A stretch of DNA of 64,000 bases from Octopus sinensis (GCF_006345805.1 NC_043011.1:930001-994000), one strand, 5' to 3'. Numbered from the stretch's first letter, positions 1-13,781 are shown. Program-made: numbers and translations. The notes: generated from the sequence alone by a model not told the origin.

Positions 1-1124
<1,124 letters not shown>

Positions 1125-4100
1125 ATGTTTCTTTATTAGCCACACAGGGCTGCACACAGATAGAATAAATTACAAGGTAGAGCTTTTCTTTTGAAGGTTT
1201 AAAAAAAAAAAAAAAAGGAAGGGGGAGTTTCGATCAAAAGGGATCGTAAAAGGAGAGAAAGAGGACAAAAAAAGGGGGGGGTTAAAAAAAGGGGGAAAGG
1301 AAGAAAAAAAAACAAAAAACAAAATTGATCAATAGGGATCGTTATCACAGAAATGTCAATATGAAGTGTAAAGGGGAGGACAGGTGAGGTTTACCCGTGG
1401 AAAGAAAAGCCTACGGAAAAGACCACGGTAACCTCGGTCAATGGAGTCACGTGCTATATTTCTTTTTTTTTTTTTTTTGCAAATAAGCAACTCTCTGTTT
1501 TCAATTTCTGGGTTCATAGGATCATGCTCAAGGTGGCTTCGTCATTCATATGTGCCATTCTTGCTACATTCCCCCATCTTTTTTTAAAACATTCGCTTGA
1601 CAAAACTTGCCTCTCTACTCTCACTTTCCTTTTCAAGTGGTACTTGAAGAAGTTCATGAGAGATTGACCAGAGAGGAAAGTGTTTGTCTCCAATCCTTTC
1701 AGACGCGTCCACCAGATACATTCTTTCGCCATAGCCACAAGGATGATGAAAATAGCTCTTCCTTCCCGTTTGAAGGAGGGAGGCGTGACAATATTAACGA
1801 TAGACTCAGCTGATAAACCGACTCGTCCCACACGTGACAGCAGTTGTTCGACGCAAGCCCACAGGTCGGAAATTGTTGGACACTGCACGAGTGCGTGCAG
1901 AACGGTTTCGTCGCTCTGACCGCATCTCGGGCAGGTCGGCCCCGTCTTTCTCGAGCCGTGTCTGTAGAGCTTATCCCGAACGGGTAGCACTTCTCGGTAG
2001 CACTGCCAGGCCAGGGATCTCTGGAAGTTGTCCATGGGCCCTGGCCCGAAAGTCGTCCTGAACAGGCGGGTCAGGTACTCCTCGTCGACATCCAGGTTCG
2101 CCCCGAGCTCGTCGTCGTACCTCCCCTCCACTAAACCCCTATAGAATGCTTTGGTTGTGTTGAAGTCACTCAAGGTCGACCCACGACGGCAGAGTTGCTT
2201 GAGAGCAACGCGACACTCGTGGTGCCATTCGCCCTTCTTCGGCCTCTTTTTGATCCACGACTGTAGTTCGGTCATGGAGACGAGCTGCGGGAAAGCGTGC
2301 CTCACAAACGGCGACCACACCTGTTCACCGTCGTCTACATAGAGCCAGAGATGTCGCAGTCTCAGCGCGTGTCTGCGCATCATCAACCACGGCATGCCCA
2401 GCCCTCCTTTTAACGGGTGTTGACAGCAAATGGATCGCCTGACCATCGGGACGCATCCTTTCCACAAGAAGCGAAAGAGAATGCATTGTAGTTTGGTGAT
2501 GGTAGGGTCGGGACAAGGTACGACGGTCAGGCGGTAGTAGATGACGGACGCGATGTACGTGTTCGCCACCTCCGCCCGACCTTTTAGGGACAGTTTCCAC
2601 CCTACTCGTTATCTCGTTCCAGTTCTTCTCCACTTGGAGGTCTGGACCAAACCAGACCCCGAGCAACTCAACCGGGCTGTCGGTCCAGCGTCCCACGACG
2701 GAGGCGCTGGTGGATGGCATGGGCTTGCTTCTCCAGGTGCCTAGTCGCAAGCCCACTGACTTTTCCCGGTTGATTTTCGCTCCTGTCACCGCTTCGTAGT
2801 TTTTCAGTGTCTCGCCGACCTGCTCGATGTGCTCGTGGCTAGACACTATGACGGTGACGTCGTCCACGTATGCAGACATGCTCGTCTTGCATCTCAGTTC
2901 TCGCGGGATGCCTCTCAAGGTTGCCAGCTTCTGCAATAATGGCTCGAGAGTCAATACGTATAGAAGCGACGAGAGGGGGCATCCCTGACGGACCGAACGT
3001 GCGATGTCGAAGGGTCTCGATAGATGTCCATTCACGCGAATTACCGAATGGATGCCTCTGTACAAAGACGGGACCGAAGCCAGCCGCTCCGAGGACCGCC
3101 TCCAAGTATCGATGGTCCACCCTATCGAAAGCTTTCAATTGATCCAAATTGATCAGCGCCCCACCCATGCCAGGTTCGTTAACTACCCTGTCTATGATGT
3201 AGCGCATCAGGTGGAGGTTGTCATGGATGGTCCGGCCTGGCACGGCGCATGTTTGCGCCCTGTCGACCAGTTTCTCGATGACAAGCGCCAACCTCTTGGC
3301 TAGCACCTTGGCCAAAATTTTCAAGTCTGCATTAAGCAGAGTGATGGGCCTAAAGTTATCTATTACATTTCCCTTGTTTAGATCTTTCTTCAGCAGTGTT
3401 ACGACTCCTCGGCTCACAAAACCAGGAATGCTCCCGTTTTGCTGCCAGTTGCAGTACACCGCCGCCAAGAGATCTCCAAACAAGTCTGGCATACAATTGT
3501 AAAGCTCGTAGGGTAGACCATCCAAACCCGGTGATTTGTCCCCCGAGCATTCTGCCATCGCTTCCTGCACTTCCACCGCCGTGATGGCACCTTCGCAGCA
3601 CCCTGCCTTTCTTGTCGAGAGTCGTGGTAGGCTATGTAGGTAGGCACTGAAGTCCACCCTACGTTCTTGCCCTCCACTCGTTCCGTACAGTCGGGCAAAA
3701 TGCTGCTGAAAGGCCTCACACATTTTACTTGGCTCGAGCAATTCACGCCCCTGTTCATCTACCAGGGACCGAATGGTGGCTTTGTTGCCCTGTTGCGCCT
3801 CTGCCACCCGGGCCTCTCTCGCGGCTCCAACACCTTCGTTCCTTAGAGCACGCATCCTAGCTCTGACAGCACATCCTTCGTGTTTGACGTTGAAGTGTTG
3901 GTCGAGGGCCAACCTCGCCGCCAAAACGTCGGATGCGATGCCGCTTCTAATTGCCTCTTCTAGCTTCTTAACTAGCTCACCCTCTACTCTATTTCTATCT
4001 ATGGCTAGTGCTCTGCTCTCTTGAGGGCAAACCACCATTTGTTGTTGATGATGGCTCCCGTCAAAGCCCTCTTTACTAGTGTGCTAATCCGGTCTCTGAA

Positions 4101-4980
4101 AACCTGTCTCGATGGGAAAGACGTGTTTAGTTTCCAGTATCCGGGACCCTGCCTAAGTGTCTTCTAAGTCTAGCGTACATGTCACAATTTGTGATCCGTG
4201 TAGCTGACTATGTGGAATTGTGGACATCCTATGCTATCTCTGTCTACTGTCCTACACAGTATCCTATCTAGATACGATCTCGACGACCCGATGCGGTTGC
4301 TCCATGTCCACATTGGCGCATTCGGGTGGTCTAGTCGGAACCTGTCAGACAGTTGAAAGCGTCTGAGCAGGTCTCTGAGGCATTTGCATCCCCGTCTATT
4401 CCTATCTCTACCCACGTAGTCTACATGCGTGTCCAAGGTAGCATTCCAATCCCCCACTAAGAGTAAAGGACGAGACGTCCCAAGAATACTTCTAGACGTT
4501 GAAAGAAATCCGCCCGACCTGTTAAGGGCGGTGCGTAGACTGATACGAGTCGAAAAGCGCACCCATTGCTGCCGTCGACATCCAGGACGACCAGTCTACC
4601 CTCCAGGTCTACGAATATTGTCCTTACTTTGAGATCCAGACTCTTGTGAAAAAGTACCGCGGTGCCACTACCGCCCATTCTCGGCAGACAGGGGGAAAAA
4701 TAAATGTTGAACTGTCCGCCAAACATGGTCTTTAGGGCCCGCGGATTGTGGAGTCTGGTCTCACTTATGGCTATGATTTCTAACTTATGTGACTTTATGT
4801 CATTTAAGAGGTACCCTTGTTTCCAAGGGGACCCCAAGCCACGCGCATTTACACAACCAATCTTGATCATAGTCCTAATGAATTAGAATACAAGTGAAAG
4901 GAACAGAGGGTTACTTACTGCTCGAAAGTTTTTGCTTTCTCCTCCTTTGGTTTGTCCTCGAGGAGATCCCAGTACAGTTT
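1125..4980 (-). mobile_element. L1-Tx1-clade non-LTR retrotransposon, copy 1: end of ORF1, complete but frameshifted ORF2, 3'UTR
   Basis: Minus-strand pieces in order: APE endonuclease (IGCVNARGL, ISETR, LVGDWNA, YTDH; 4870-4182), RT (KSPGLDGLP, FRPITLLNAD, LDQLKAFDRV, VRQGCPLS, SAYVDD; 4038-2600), C-terminal CPRC-x8-H-x4-C zinc knuckle (2569-1514). 3'UTR ends AATAAAGAAACAT. The 5' end retains a basic tail RTNQRRRKQKLSSSK* (probable ORF1 end) and a 40-bp spacer before the ORF2 ATG at 4870. Confidence 0.92.
1514..4870 (-). pseudogene. Tx1-type ORF2 (APE-RT-zinc knuckle), split by several frameshifts/stops
   Basis: Joins ORF-track segments 4457..4870, 4182..4562, 2839..4038, 2325..3065 and 1514..2569 in collinear domain order. 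Breaks may be decay or assembly indels. Confidence 0.88.
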
Positions 4981-5030
4981 ATATATAGATAGATAGATAG
5001 ATAGATATAGATATATAAAGATAGATAGAT

Positions 5031-5079
<49 letters not shown>

Positions 5080-5108
5080 TATAGATAGATAGATATATAT
5101 ATATATAT

Positions 5109-5151
<43 letters not shown>

Positions 5152-5200
5152 TAGATAGATAGATAGATAGATATATATAGATAGATAGATAGATAGATAT
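4981..5200. repeat. (AGAT)n/(AT)n microsatellite between the two Tx1 copies
   Basis: Direct reading. Confidence 0.97.
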
Positions 5201-6376
5201 ATGTTTCTTTATTAGCCACACAGGGCTGCACACAGATAGAACAAATTACAAGGTAGTGCTTTTCTTTTGGGGGTAAAAAAAAAGGAGAGTGGTGGTTTTC
5301 GATCAAAAGGGATCGTAAAGGGAAAGAAAAAGGGGGATGGGTTAAAAAAAGGGGAGGAGAGAAAAAAAAATGAATAATAGGGATCGTTATCACAGAAATG
5401 TCAATATGAAGTGTAAAGGGGAGGACAGGTGAGGTTTACCCGTGGAAAGAAAAGCCTACGGAAAAGACCACGGTAACCTCGGTCAATGTTATATTTCTTT
5501 TTTTTTTTTTTTTGCAAATAAGCAACTCACTGTATTAATTTTTATGGTTCATAGAATCATAGTCAAGGTGGCTTCGTCATTCATACGTGCCATCCTTGCT
5601 ACATTCACCCATCTTTTTTTAAAACATTCACTAGACAAAACTTGCCTCTCTACTCTCACTTTCCTCTTCAAGTGATACTTGAAGAAGTTGATGAGAGATT
5701 GACCAGAGAGGAAAGTGTTTGTCTCTAATCCTTTCAGGCGTGTCCACCAGATACATTCTTTCGCCATAGCCACAAGTATGATAAAAATAGCTCTTCCTTC
5801 CTGTTTGAAAGAAGGAGGCGTGACGATATTAACGATAGACTCGGCTGATAAACCGACACGTCCCACACGTGACAGCAGTCGTTCGACATAAGCCCACAGG
5901 TCGGAAATTGCTGGACACTGCACGATTGCGTGCAGAGCGGTTTCGTCGCTCTGCCCGCATAGAGCTTATCCTGAACGGGTAGCGCTTCTCGGTAGCACCG
6001 CCAGGCCAGGGATCTCTGGAGGTTGTCCATAGGTCCCGGACCGAAAGTCGTTTGAAACAGGCGGGTCAGGTATTCCTTGTCGACGCCCAGGTTTGCCCCG
6101 AGCTCATCGTCGTACCTCCCCTCCACTAATCCCCTATAGAATGCTTTGGTTGTGTTGAAGTTACTCAAGGTCGACCCGGGACCTTGAGAGCAACACGACA
6201 CTCGCAGTGCCATTCGCCCTTCTTCAGCCTCTTTTTGATCCACGACTGTAGTTCGGTCATGGAGACGAGTTGCGGGAATGCGTGCCTCACAAACGGCGAC
6301 CACACCTGTTCACCGTCGTCTACATAGAGCCGGAGATGTCGCAGTCTCAGCGCGTGTCTGCGCATCATCAACCACG
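5201..6376 (-). mobile_element. L1-Tx1 copy 2, 5'-truncated, with internal deletions
   Basis: Collinear and highly similar to 1125-2391. A 40-bp deletion relative to 1926-1965 removes the first half of the CxxC. Same AATAAAGAAACAT 3' end. Confidence 0.93.
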
Positions 6377-6610
6377 TTGATAGATATAGATAGATAGATA
6401 GATATAGATAGATAGATAGATATAGATAGATAGATAGATATAGATAGATAGATAGATAGATATAGATAGATAGATAGATAGATATATATAGATATAGATA
6501 GATAGATAGATATAGATAGATAGATATATATAGATAGATAGATATATAGATATATATATTATATATAAGATAGATATATAGATATATATATATATATATA
6601 TATATTATAT

Positions 6611-6647
<37 letters not shown>

Positions 6648-6712
6648 GATAGATAGATAGATATAGATATATATATATATAGATAGATATATATATATAG
6701 ATAAATATATAT

Positions 6713-6744
<32 letters not shown>

Positions 6745-7200
6745 GATAGATAGATAGTATAGATATAGATATATTATATATATATATATATATAATAGAT
6801 AGATAGATATATATATATATAGATAAATAGATAGATATATATATATATATATATATATATAGATAAATAGATAGATAGATAGATATATATATATAGATAG
6901 ATAAATAGATAGATAGATATATATATATAGATAGATAAATAGATAGATAGATATATATATATAGATAGATAATAGATAGATAGATATATATATATAGATA
7001 GATAAATAGATATATATATTATATATATATATATATATTATATATATATAGATAAATAGATAGATAGATAGATAGATATATATAAATAGATAGATATAGA
7101 TAGATAGATATATATAAATAGATAGATATAGATAGATAGATAAATAGATATAGATAGATAGATTTAGATATATGGATTGATAGATAGATATCCATTGGAT
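6377..7200. repeat. (AGAT)n/(AT)n compound microsatellite
   Basis: Direct reading. Confidence 0.97.
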
Positions 7201-7772
7201 TAGATCTCTCTCTCCCTCTTTCTATATATATTGGAATTTGTTCTCATAATATACATAAAACTGTATTAACATCTAAATATTGAGTTGAAACCCTTTTGGA
7301 TAGAAAAAGTCGAGGGCTGCCCTTGGGACTCAAACACACATCTCCTGTAGACATGACAGGTATTCTACCATTGTACAAAAGCAATACTTTTAGTTTCTCT
7401 ATCCATTTTAGTAAACCTATTCTTGCCAGTGAGAATTATAGATTATTACATCATAAGAATTTATAAACTTTCAACGCAACAGGGAATAATTCTTTCTTGG
7501 AATTGGTTCTCAGAGTACATATGCTTTATAACAGCATATAAATATTGGGTTAAAACCTTCTTTCAAAAGTTTACAAATTCTGTCTGTTGTTAAGGTCACC
7601 TCTACAGATTTTCCATAGAAGTTATAGCCAGCACTGATCTTGTTACAACATTTCATATCTGAGACACCATATGTAAACAAACAAGATTGAGGATGGAAAA
7701 ACAGGTAAGGGGGCATATATGCCATATTTCAGGAGTTTTGTTTCTTCATTAGCACCCATCGAACCCATTAAT

Positions 7773-7845
7773 CATCCACGGACTCATTGCTTAAATAGCC
7801 ACACCGCAGTATATAATGGCTATTTAAGCAATGTGTTTGAGGATG
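7773..7845 (+). ncRNA. Candidate pri-miRNA-like hairpin
   Basis: 17-bp perfect stem (7785-7801/7817-7833) and 15-nt loop, extended to about 29 bp with 2 mismatches and 2 G-U pairs. Not recognised as a known miRNA. Confidence 0.35.
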
Positions 7846-7889
7846 AACATGTGACTTAAGAGCACTGCTAGCACAGTAGTATATGATAT

Positions 7890-8303
7890 TACTCTTTACT
7901 CTCTCTCTTTTACTCTTTTACTTGCTTCAGTCATTTGACTGCGGCCATGCTGGAGCACCACCTTTAATCGAGCAACTCGACCCCGGGACTTATTCTTTTG
8001 TAAGCCCAGTACTTATTCTATTGGTCTCTTTTGCCGAACTGCTAAGTACGGGGACATAAACACACCAGCATCGGTTGTCAAGCAATGCTAGGGGAACAAA
8101 CACAGACACACAAGCACACACATGCATATATATATACATATATACGACAGGCTTCTTTTCAGTTTCCGTCTACCAAATCCACTCACAAGGCTTTGGTCGG
8201 CCCAAGGCTATAGTAGAAGACACTTGCCCAAGGTGCCACACAGTGGGACTGAACCCGGAACCATGTGGTTGGTAAACAAGTTACTTACCACACAGCCACT
8301 CCT
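7890..8303 (-). mobile_element. tRNA-headed SINE family A (CORE-like segment, internal microsatellite, (GTAAAAGA)n tail)
   Basis: A box TGGCTGTGTGGT, B-box-like GGTTCAGTCCC, CORE-like CACCTTGGGCAAGTG. About 10 copies in the window. Resembles the described octopus tRNA-SINEs; exact family not assigned. Confidence 0.9.
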
Positions 8304-8379
8304 AGAATTGTTTAATATACTTTGTAATATATTATGGTTGCATAATGAAATGCCATGTTCACACAAGTCATTAACAAGT

Positions 8380-9465
8380 CTGTTGTCTCAAGTATTCTGC
8401 CCTTGGGAAGGTCCTGTGCATGTAAACCTTCTTCAGCACTCTTTAACTTCTGCTGTCATCTTCATTGAGTGGTATAACTTCCTCTGCCTAATATCATCCA
8501 TCATCATTGCTCTCCTTCTCTCTCTTGTACTCCTCCCCTGTATTCTCTTCTCTGTCACTGTGCAGAAGCCCTTTTGATCTCATATTATGTCCCATCCATC
8601 TTACATATTTTCTCCAGATGATATCCGTCAAACTTTGCTTCTCTCCAATTCTCTTAAACATCTCCCCATTGCTCACATGATTTGCCCCAGCAGATCATCT
8701 TCATTCATCTCCAGAACTACATTCTATAATTCTCCAGTCTCTTAGCATCAGCCTTCTTGATTCTGAGCCATAGAGGAGCACACTCCATACTCGGGTTTTC
8801 ACCAGCTCTGGATCTTTTCTATTTGAATAGCAGTTTTTTCCTAGTAGTGTCATATGAAATTGTCACCCATAATTATGACCCTAGTATCGATCTATTACAT
8901 TTCAATCTGTTTTAGGGTTAGTTAGGGTTAGGGGTGGAAGGAAGGGTATCTTTTTTTCTTCACAAATGTAAATAAACCCAATCTGTTTCTTAAATGAGGG
9001 ACATATTCATACGGCACAGAATTGTTTTTTTTACCTCAATAGACATCACTGATTGGTTGAAATTGCAGAAATTGAAGAAAAAAAAAACAACAAATATCTT
9101 ACAAACTATAGAATTTTCTCAATAAAGCCAAGAGAAAAAGATGTTTTATAAACACATTCTACCAGTATACGAAGTGTAAAATTTTTTAGTTACCTAGAAA
9201 TTATGTTAAAAACTGCTGTTCAAACTGAAAAGATCCCCAGCTCCTGCTTCAGACCTTTGGGTGAGCAGCTTTTTATCTTTGTTGAATTCATTTCTGGTCA
9301 TGGCAATTCTGGCTCTGATTTCTTTCTCAATTCTCCCAACCTGCTTTAGTGGGCTTCCAAGTTATTTAGATTGCTGAATCCACTCTCATTGATTTCCATT
9401 CATATTGCTTTGCAGATTCACTTCTCTGCTCTTTCCAATTTTCATTACTTTGGTTTTCTTCTTTT
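8380..9465 (-). mobile_element. Degenerate RTE-clade LINE fragment, interrupted by the MITE at 8810-9236
   Basis: RTE-like C-terminal remnants: LGS...EKEIRARIAM..EFNK (9250-9400) and WMGHNMR (8560-8620), with many stops. Confidence 0.6.
8810..9236 (+). mobile_element. About 420-bp MITE with 29-bp TIR and 8-bp TSD (Merlin- or hAT-type), copy 1
   Basis: TIR consensus GGATCTTTTCGGTTTGAACGGCAGTTTTT; TSD CCAGCTCT/CCAGCTCC. Confidence 0.9.
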
Positions 9466-9482
9466 TATAACATCAATAATAT

Positions 9483-9763
9483 TGAGGCCAGCGCCGCCTT
9501 GGCTGGCTTCCGTGCCGGTGGCACGTTAAAAGCACCAACCGATCGTGGCCGATGCCAGACCACCCCTGGCACCTGTGCAGGTGGCACGTAAAAAGCACCC
9601 ACTACACTCGTGGAGTGGTTGGCATTAGGAAGGGCATCCAGCTGTAGAAACACTGCCAGATCAGACTGGAGCCTGGTGCAGCCCCTGGCTTCCCAGACCC
9701 TGGTCGAACCGTCCAACCCATGCTAGCGCGGAAAACGGACGTTAAACGATGATGATGATGATG
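9483..9763 (+). mobile_element. SINE family B: tandem GTGCCGGTGGCAC hairpin units, AGGAAGGGCATCC body, (GAT)n tail; RTE-type tail likely
   Basis: Six recognisable copies in the window, ending GGACGTTAAAC(GAT)n. Confidence 0.85.
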
Positions 9764-10079
9764 GTAAGAATAAAGCTGGTAAGAATAAAGTTCCTGAACT
9801 AGATAGAGAAACTGAAAGTATTTCTTTGGTCCAATGTAGAATGCCTGTCATGTTTATAGGAAATGTGAGTTTGAGTCCCACAAATCTAATCATTAGGGTT
9901 CTCAACCCAATATTTACATGTTGGTTATTTATATGTACTTTGAGAACCAATTCTATAAAATGACTATTCCACTTTCTCTCAAAAGTTTATAAATTATTGC
10001 CTGACATCACCTCTGTAGCTAAGTGCTTTATAGGTGTGAAACCAGTAGTCACTCTCTGACTGGTCATAGCAAACAATCC

Positions 10080-10472
10080 ACACACACACCCCACACCCCC
10101 CACCCCCACCCCACACACCACACACACACACCACACACACACCACGCCACACCACACCACACCATACACACCACACACACACACACCACACACACACATA
10201 CCACACACACCACACCACACACCACACCACACACACCACACCACACACACCACACACACACACTACACACACACACACCACACACACACACCACACCACA
10301 CCACACACACCACACCACACCACACACACCACACACACACACCACACACACACACCACACACCACACCACACACACCACACCACACACACCACACCACAC
10401 ACACACCACACCACACACACCACACACACACACCACATACACACACCACACACCACACCACACACACACACA
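10080..10472. repeat. (CA)n/(CACAC)n compound microsatellite
   Basis: Direct reading. Confidence 0.97.
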
Positions 10473-11119
10473 ACTTTGCTTTAAACACTTGAAATAAAAT
10501 ATTTCTGAGTTTGAAAGAAAAATTATCTTAGAAAAGATGAATTTGCAAATAAGAGCAATCTTAATGAGAAATATTTGCAACAATTATCTTTCAAATTAAC
10601 CTAATGGAAGAGCACTGTCTTTAAAATTATCAAAAATATTTCTTGTCACAAACACATTCATCATTTACAGAATACAACAAATATTTTAATAAATTGTTCA
10701 ATTATCTTTATGTTGAACATCTATTAATTCTTATACAATTAATTGATTTTTGCACATCAGTGAATTTGAAATAAATTTAACAAAATTCTCTATTAGCTGC
10801 TCAGCACCGAATCTATCTGAAATATTTTGAAAAATTGCTAATTTGAAGATATCATTACCAAGTGTCAAGGAAATAATAGTAGACGGTTTAGGTGATTCAG
10901 TTAGAAAAGATCAACACTGAGTGGATAGAGACAAAAAGAAGGCAAATGTTTTGTTACGCAGAATAATTTCACAAACAATATTTCTTTCTTTCTTTCATTT
11001 ACCTCATTTAGTTATTGATCTGCAGTCAAACTGGGACGATGCCTTAAAGGATTTAGTTGATTAAATCAAACCCAGAACCTATGTATTCGCTTGGTCGCTT
11101 TTTGCTGATATTTTTTTTT

Positions 11120-11421
11120 GTTTGTTTGTTCCTTCTTGAGTCCTGCCTGGCTCATAAGGGCTGGTTTCCCGGTTTTTTGGTGTGTAGGTTCCCCACCTGG
11201 ATGGGACGCCAGTCCGTCGCAGGTGAGCTGCAAGATACAGGAGGAAAGAGTGAGAGAAAGTTGTGGCGAGTCAGCAGGAGTTCGCCATTACCTTCTGCCG
11301 GAGCCACACGGAGCTTAGGTGTTTTCATTCATAAACACACACATTGCTCAGTCTGAGATTGGAACCGGCGATCCCTCAACCGCATGTCCACTGCTCTAAC
11401 CACTAGGCCATGTGCCTCCAC
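11120..11421 (-). mobile_element. tRNA(Arg-like)-headed SINE family D with a Meta/V-like central domain
   Basis: Head GTGGAGGCACATGGCCTAGTGG with B-box-like GGTTC(C/G)AATC; body CTGCGACGGAC.GGCGTCCC.TCCAGG. Other copies at 26932 and 57601. Confidence 0.85.
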
Positions 11422-11691
11422 TTTTTGTTGAAATGCAAAGTTACAAGGCAGTCAACCAACAAATATCAGTTGTTAAGTGGTGCTAAACACATATATTGCA
11501 AGCACAAACATATGCGCACATAAACACAGACAAAGAGCTTCTGCATAATTTCCATTTAAAATCTACTTTCAAGATATTTTTTTGGCCAGAGGCTATAGTA
11601 GACACTTGCATAAAATACAGCTAAATGAGACAACATAAAAACATGTGGCTGTAAAGAAAACTCTTTGAACACACAGTCATGCCACTGTGTG

Positions 11692-12027
11692 GAGTAAAGA
11701 TTATTTGCCAACATAACATGGCAGTCCTGGTTTAGGATGAATATTAATGTAATTTAGCCCCATGAGACATTGTCTCCAGCTGGCTCTATGGCATGATCTA
11801 TGTCCTTATATTTTTTGAACAAGGGCATTTAGCACCTCTATTCAGCTCAAAACAATATCTGAGCTGATTGGGGTGGGGGAGGGGGTACTAAATGCCCTTG
11901 TTTGAAAATATAAGGACACAGATCATGTTGTATACCCAGCTGGAGACGATGTCTCCTGAGGCTAAATAACAGCAGCATTCATCCTAAACCAGAACTTCCA
12001 TGTTATGTTGGCAAATAATCTTTACTC
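11692..12027. mobile_element. Foldback/MITE-like element with about 145-bp inverted arms
   Basis: GAGTAAAGATTATTTGCCAACATAACATGG... at the left end matches the reverse complement ending ...CCATGTTATGTTGGCAAATAATCTTTACTC. Confidence 0.85.
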
Positions 12028-12135
12028 TCCCTTTGGGGTCGATAAATTAAGTACCTGTTGCATACTGGAGTCGATCTAATCGACTGGCTCCCATCATCCA
12101 AAATTTTGGGCCTTGTGCTTAAAGTAGAAAAGAAT
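12028..12135 (+). mobile_element. 3' part of a Nin/Deu-domain-like SINE (family E)
   Basis: CCTTTGGGGTCGATAAATTAAGTACC motif, related to 15945-15990. Confidence 0.6.
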
Positions 12136-12689
12136 AATCTATACTCTAGAGTACTGTTGCTAAATATTTCTCCTTCAGAGATTTACAAATAGTAATTTTC
12201 TATGCTTGTGTGTGTGTATATATATTTATTAATTTGTATGATTGTGGATAGAAGAATATATTACTCAATGAAATTCCAACTTTGTCTGATATTCACATTT
12301 TATTATTTCCATTTTTTACAATTTTACAATATTCAAATAAACTTGTACTTGCATGCATTACACAATCATCAGGTTTATGTAGTGACAGTCATGTTCCACA
12401 ACTGACAAGTTGTCAATTGTGGAACAGTAAAAATTGGAAATAATAAAATGTGAAAATCAGACTGCTGGAATTTCATTGATTTATATATATACATATATAT
12501 ATATATATATTGTTGTGTCTGGGGAGAGTCATTCTCTTTTAGTGCCTTATCATTTAACACACTCACTGGTAAAATTTCCACTCATTTACTTATTTATTTT
12601 TTCTAAAATTTTTGTTGCCTCTTGCAACCTTTGCAATAGTCATTGACTCTGTTCGTTATCCAAGCGGCGTTCATTTTGTTTGTTTGTGC

Positions 12690-13140
12690 ACATGTATGTG
12701 GGTCAGTGTGTGTGTGCACATATACATGTATGTATGCCTGTATGTATGTATGCATGCATGTGTGTATATGCATGTATGTATGTGTTTGTGCATATGTATG
12801 TATATATATGTGTGTGTGTGTACGTTTATATGTATGTATACTGCATATTCATGTGTTTTTGTGTGTGTACCTCTGTCTCCTTGTGTGTGCATGTCTGAGT
12901 ATATATGTGTATGGGTTTTTGTGACTATGTATTGTGTCTGTATATATGGTTGTGTGTCCCCATATGTGTCCTTGTGTGAGGTGAATTGTGTGTGTATATG
13001 GCCATGTGTTTCAGTCTTCATTTGCATATGTGTGCTTGTCTGTTCATATTACCTATGTACCTATTTGTTTACTTTCATATTCATTTGCCTACATACACGT
13101 GCATATTCATATGCATACACACACTCACACACATACATGC
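12690..13140. repeat. Degenerate (TG)n/(TA)n low-complexity tract
   Basis: Direct reading. Confidence 0.9.
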
Positions 13141-13497
13141 AACTACATAACAGCCCACTAACTATTCTACCTGTATATAAATATAAACTGTGGGTATGGG
13201 GGTATTCCGTTGATCGTATCAGCTGAGACTCTCATCGTCATAACCGACGGAATGCTCCTATATGCATATGTATATACATCATCATCATCATCTAACATCC
13301 ACTTTGCATATTGGCATGAATAGGACAGTGTGACAGGGAACCAGTGAGTTGTAGGGCTGTGGTGTAGTTCTGAAGTTCACTTTACAATTACGTGATCCTA
13401 GCTTGTGTCTTGGGCTATGGTGTTTTTATAGTGCAAACTGACTACAACCTTGTGAACGGATTTGGCAGAGGAAAAATGAAAGTAGCCCATGATATAG

Positions 13498-13730
13498 TTG
13501 TGTGTTTGTGTGTGCACGTGTGTGTGTGCGTGCGTGTGTGTGTATGCATGTGTGTGTGCGTGTGTGTGTGTGTGCGTGTGCGTGTGTGTGTGTGTGCGTG
13601 TGTGTGCATGTGTGCATGTGTGTGCACGTGTGTGTGTGTGCGTGTGCATGTGCATGCATGTGTGCGTGTGTGTGTGCGTGTGTGTGTGCGTGTGTGCATG
13701 TGCATGTGTGTGAATGTGCATGTGCGTGTA

Positions 13731-13773
<43 letters not shown>

Positions 13774-13781
13774 TGTGTGTG
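13498..13781. repeat. (TG)n/(TGCG)n/(TGCA)n microsatellite
   Basis: Direct reading. Confidence 0.97.

Noticed and set aside
13200-13258. Short hairpin GGTATTCCGT...ACGGAATGCTCC
   Set aside because: Single short instance, probably a fragment of an old repeat; nothing supports a function.
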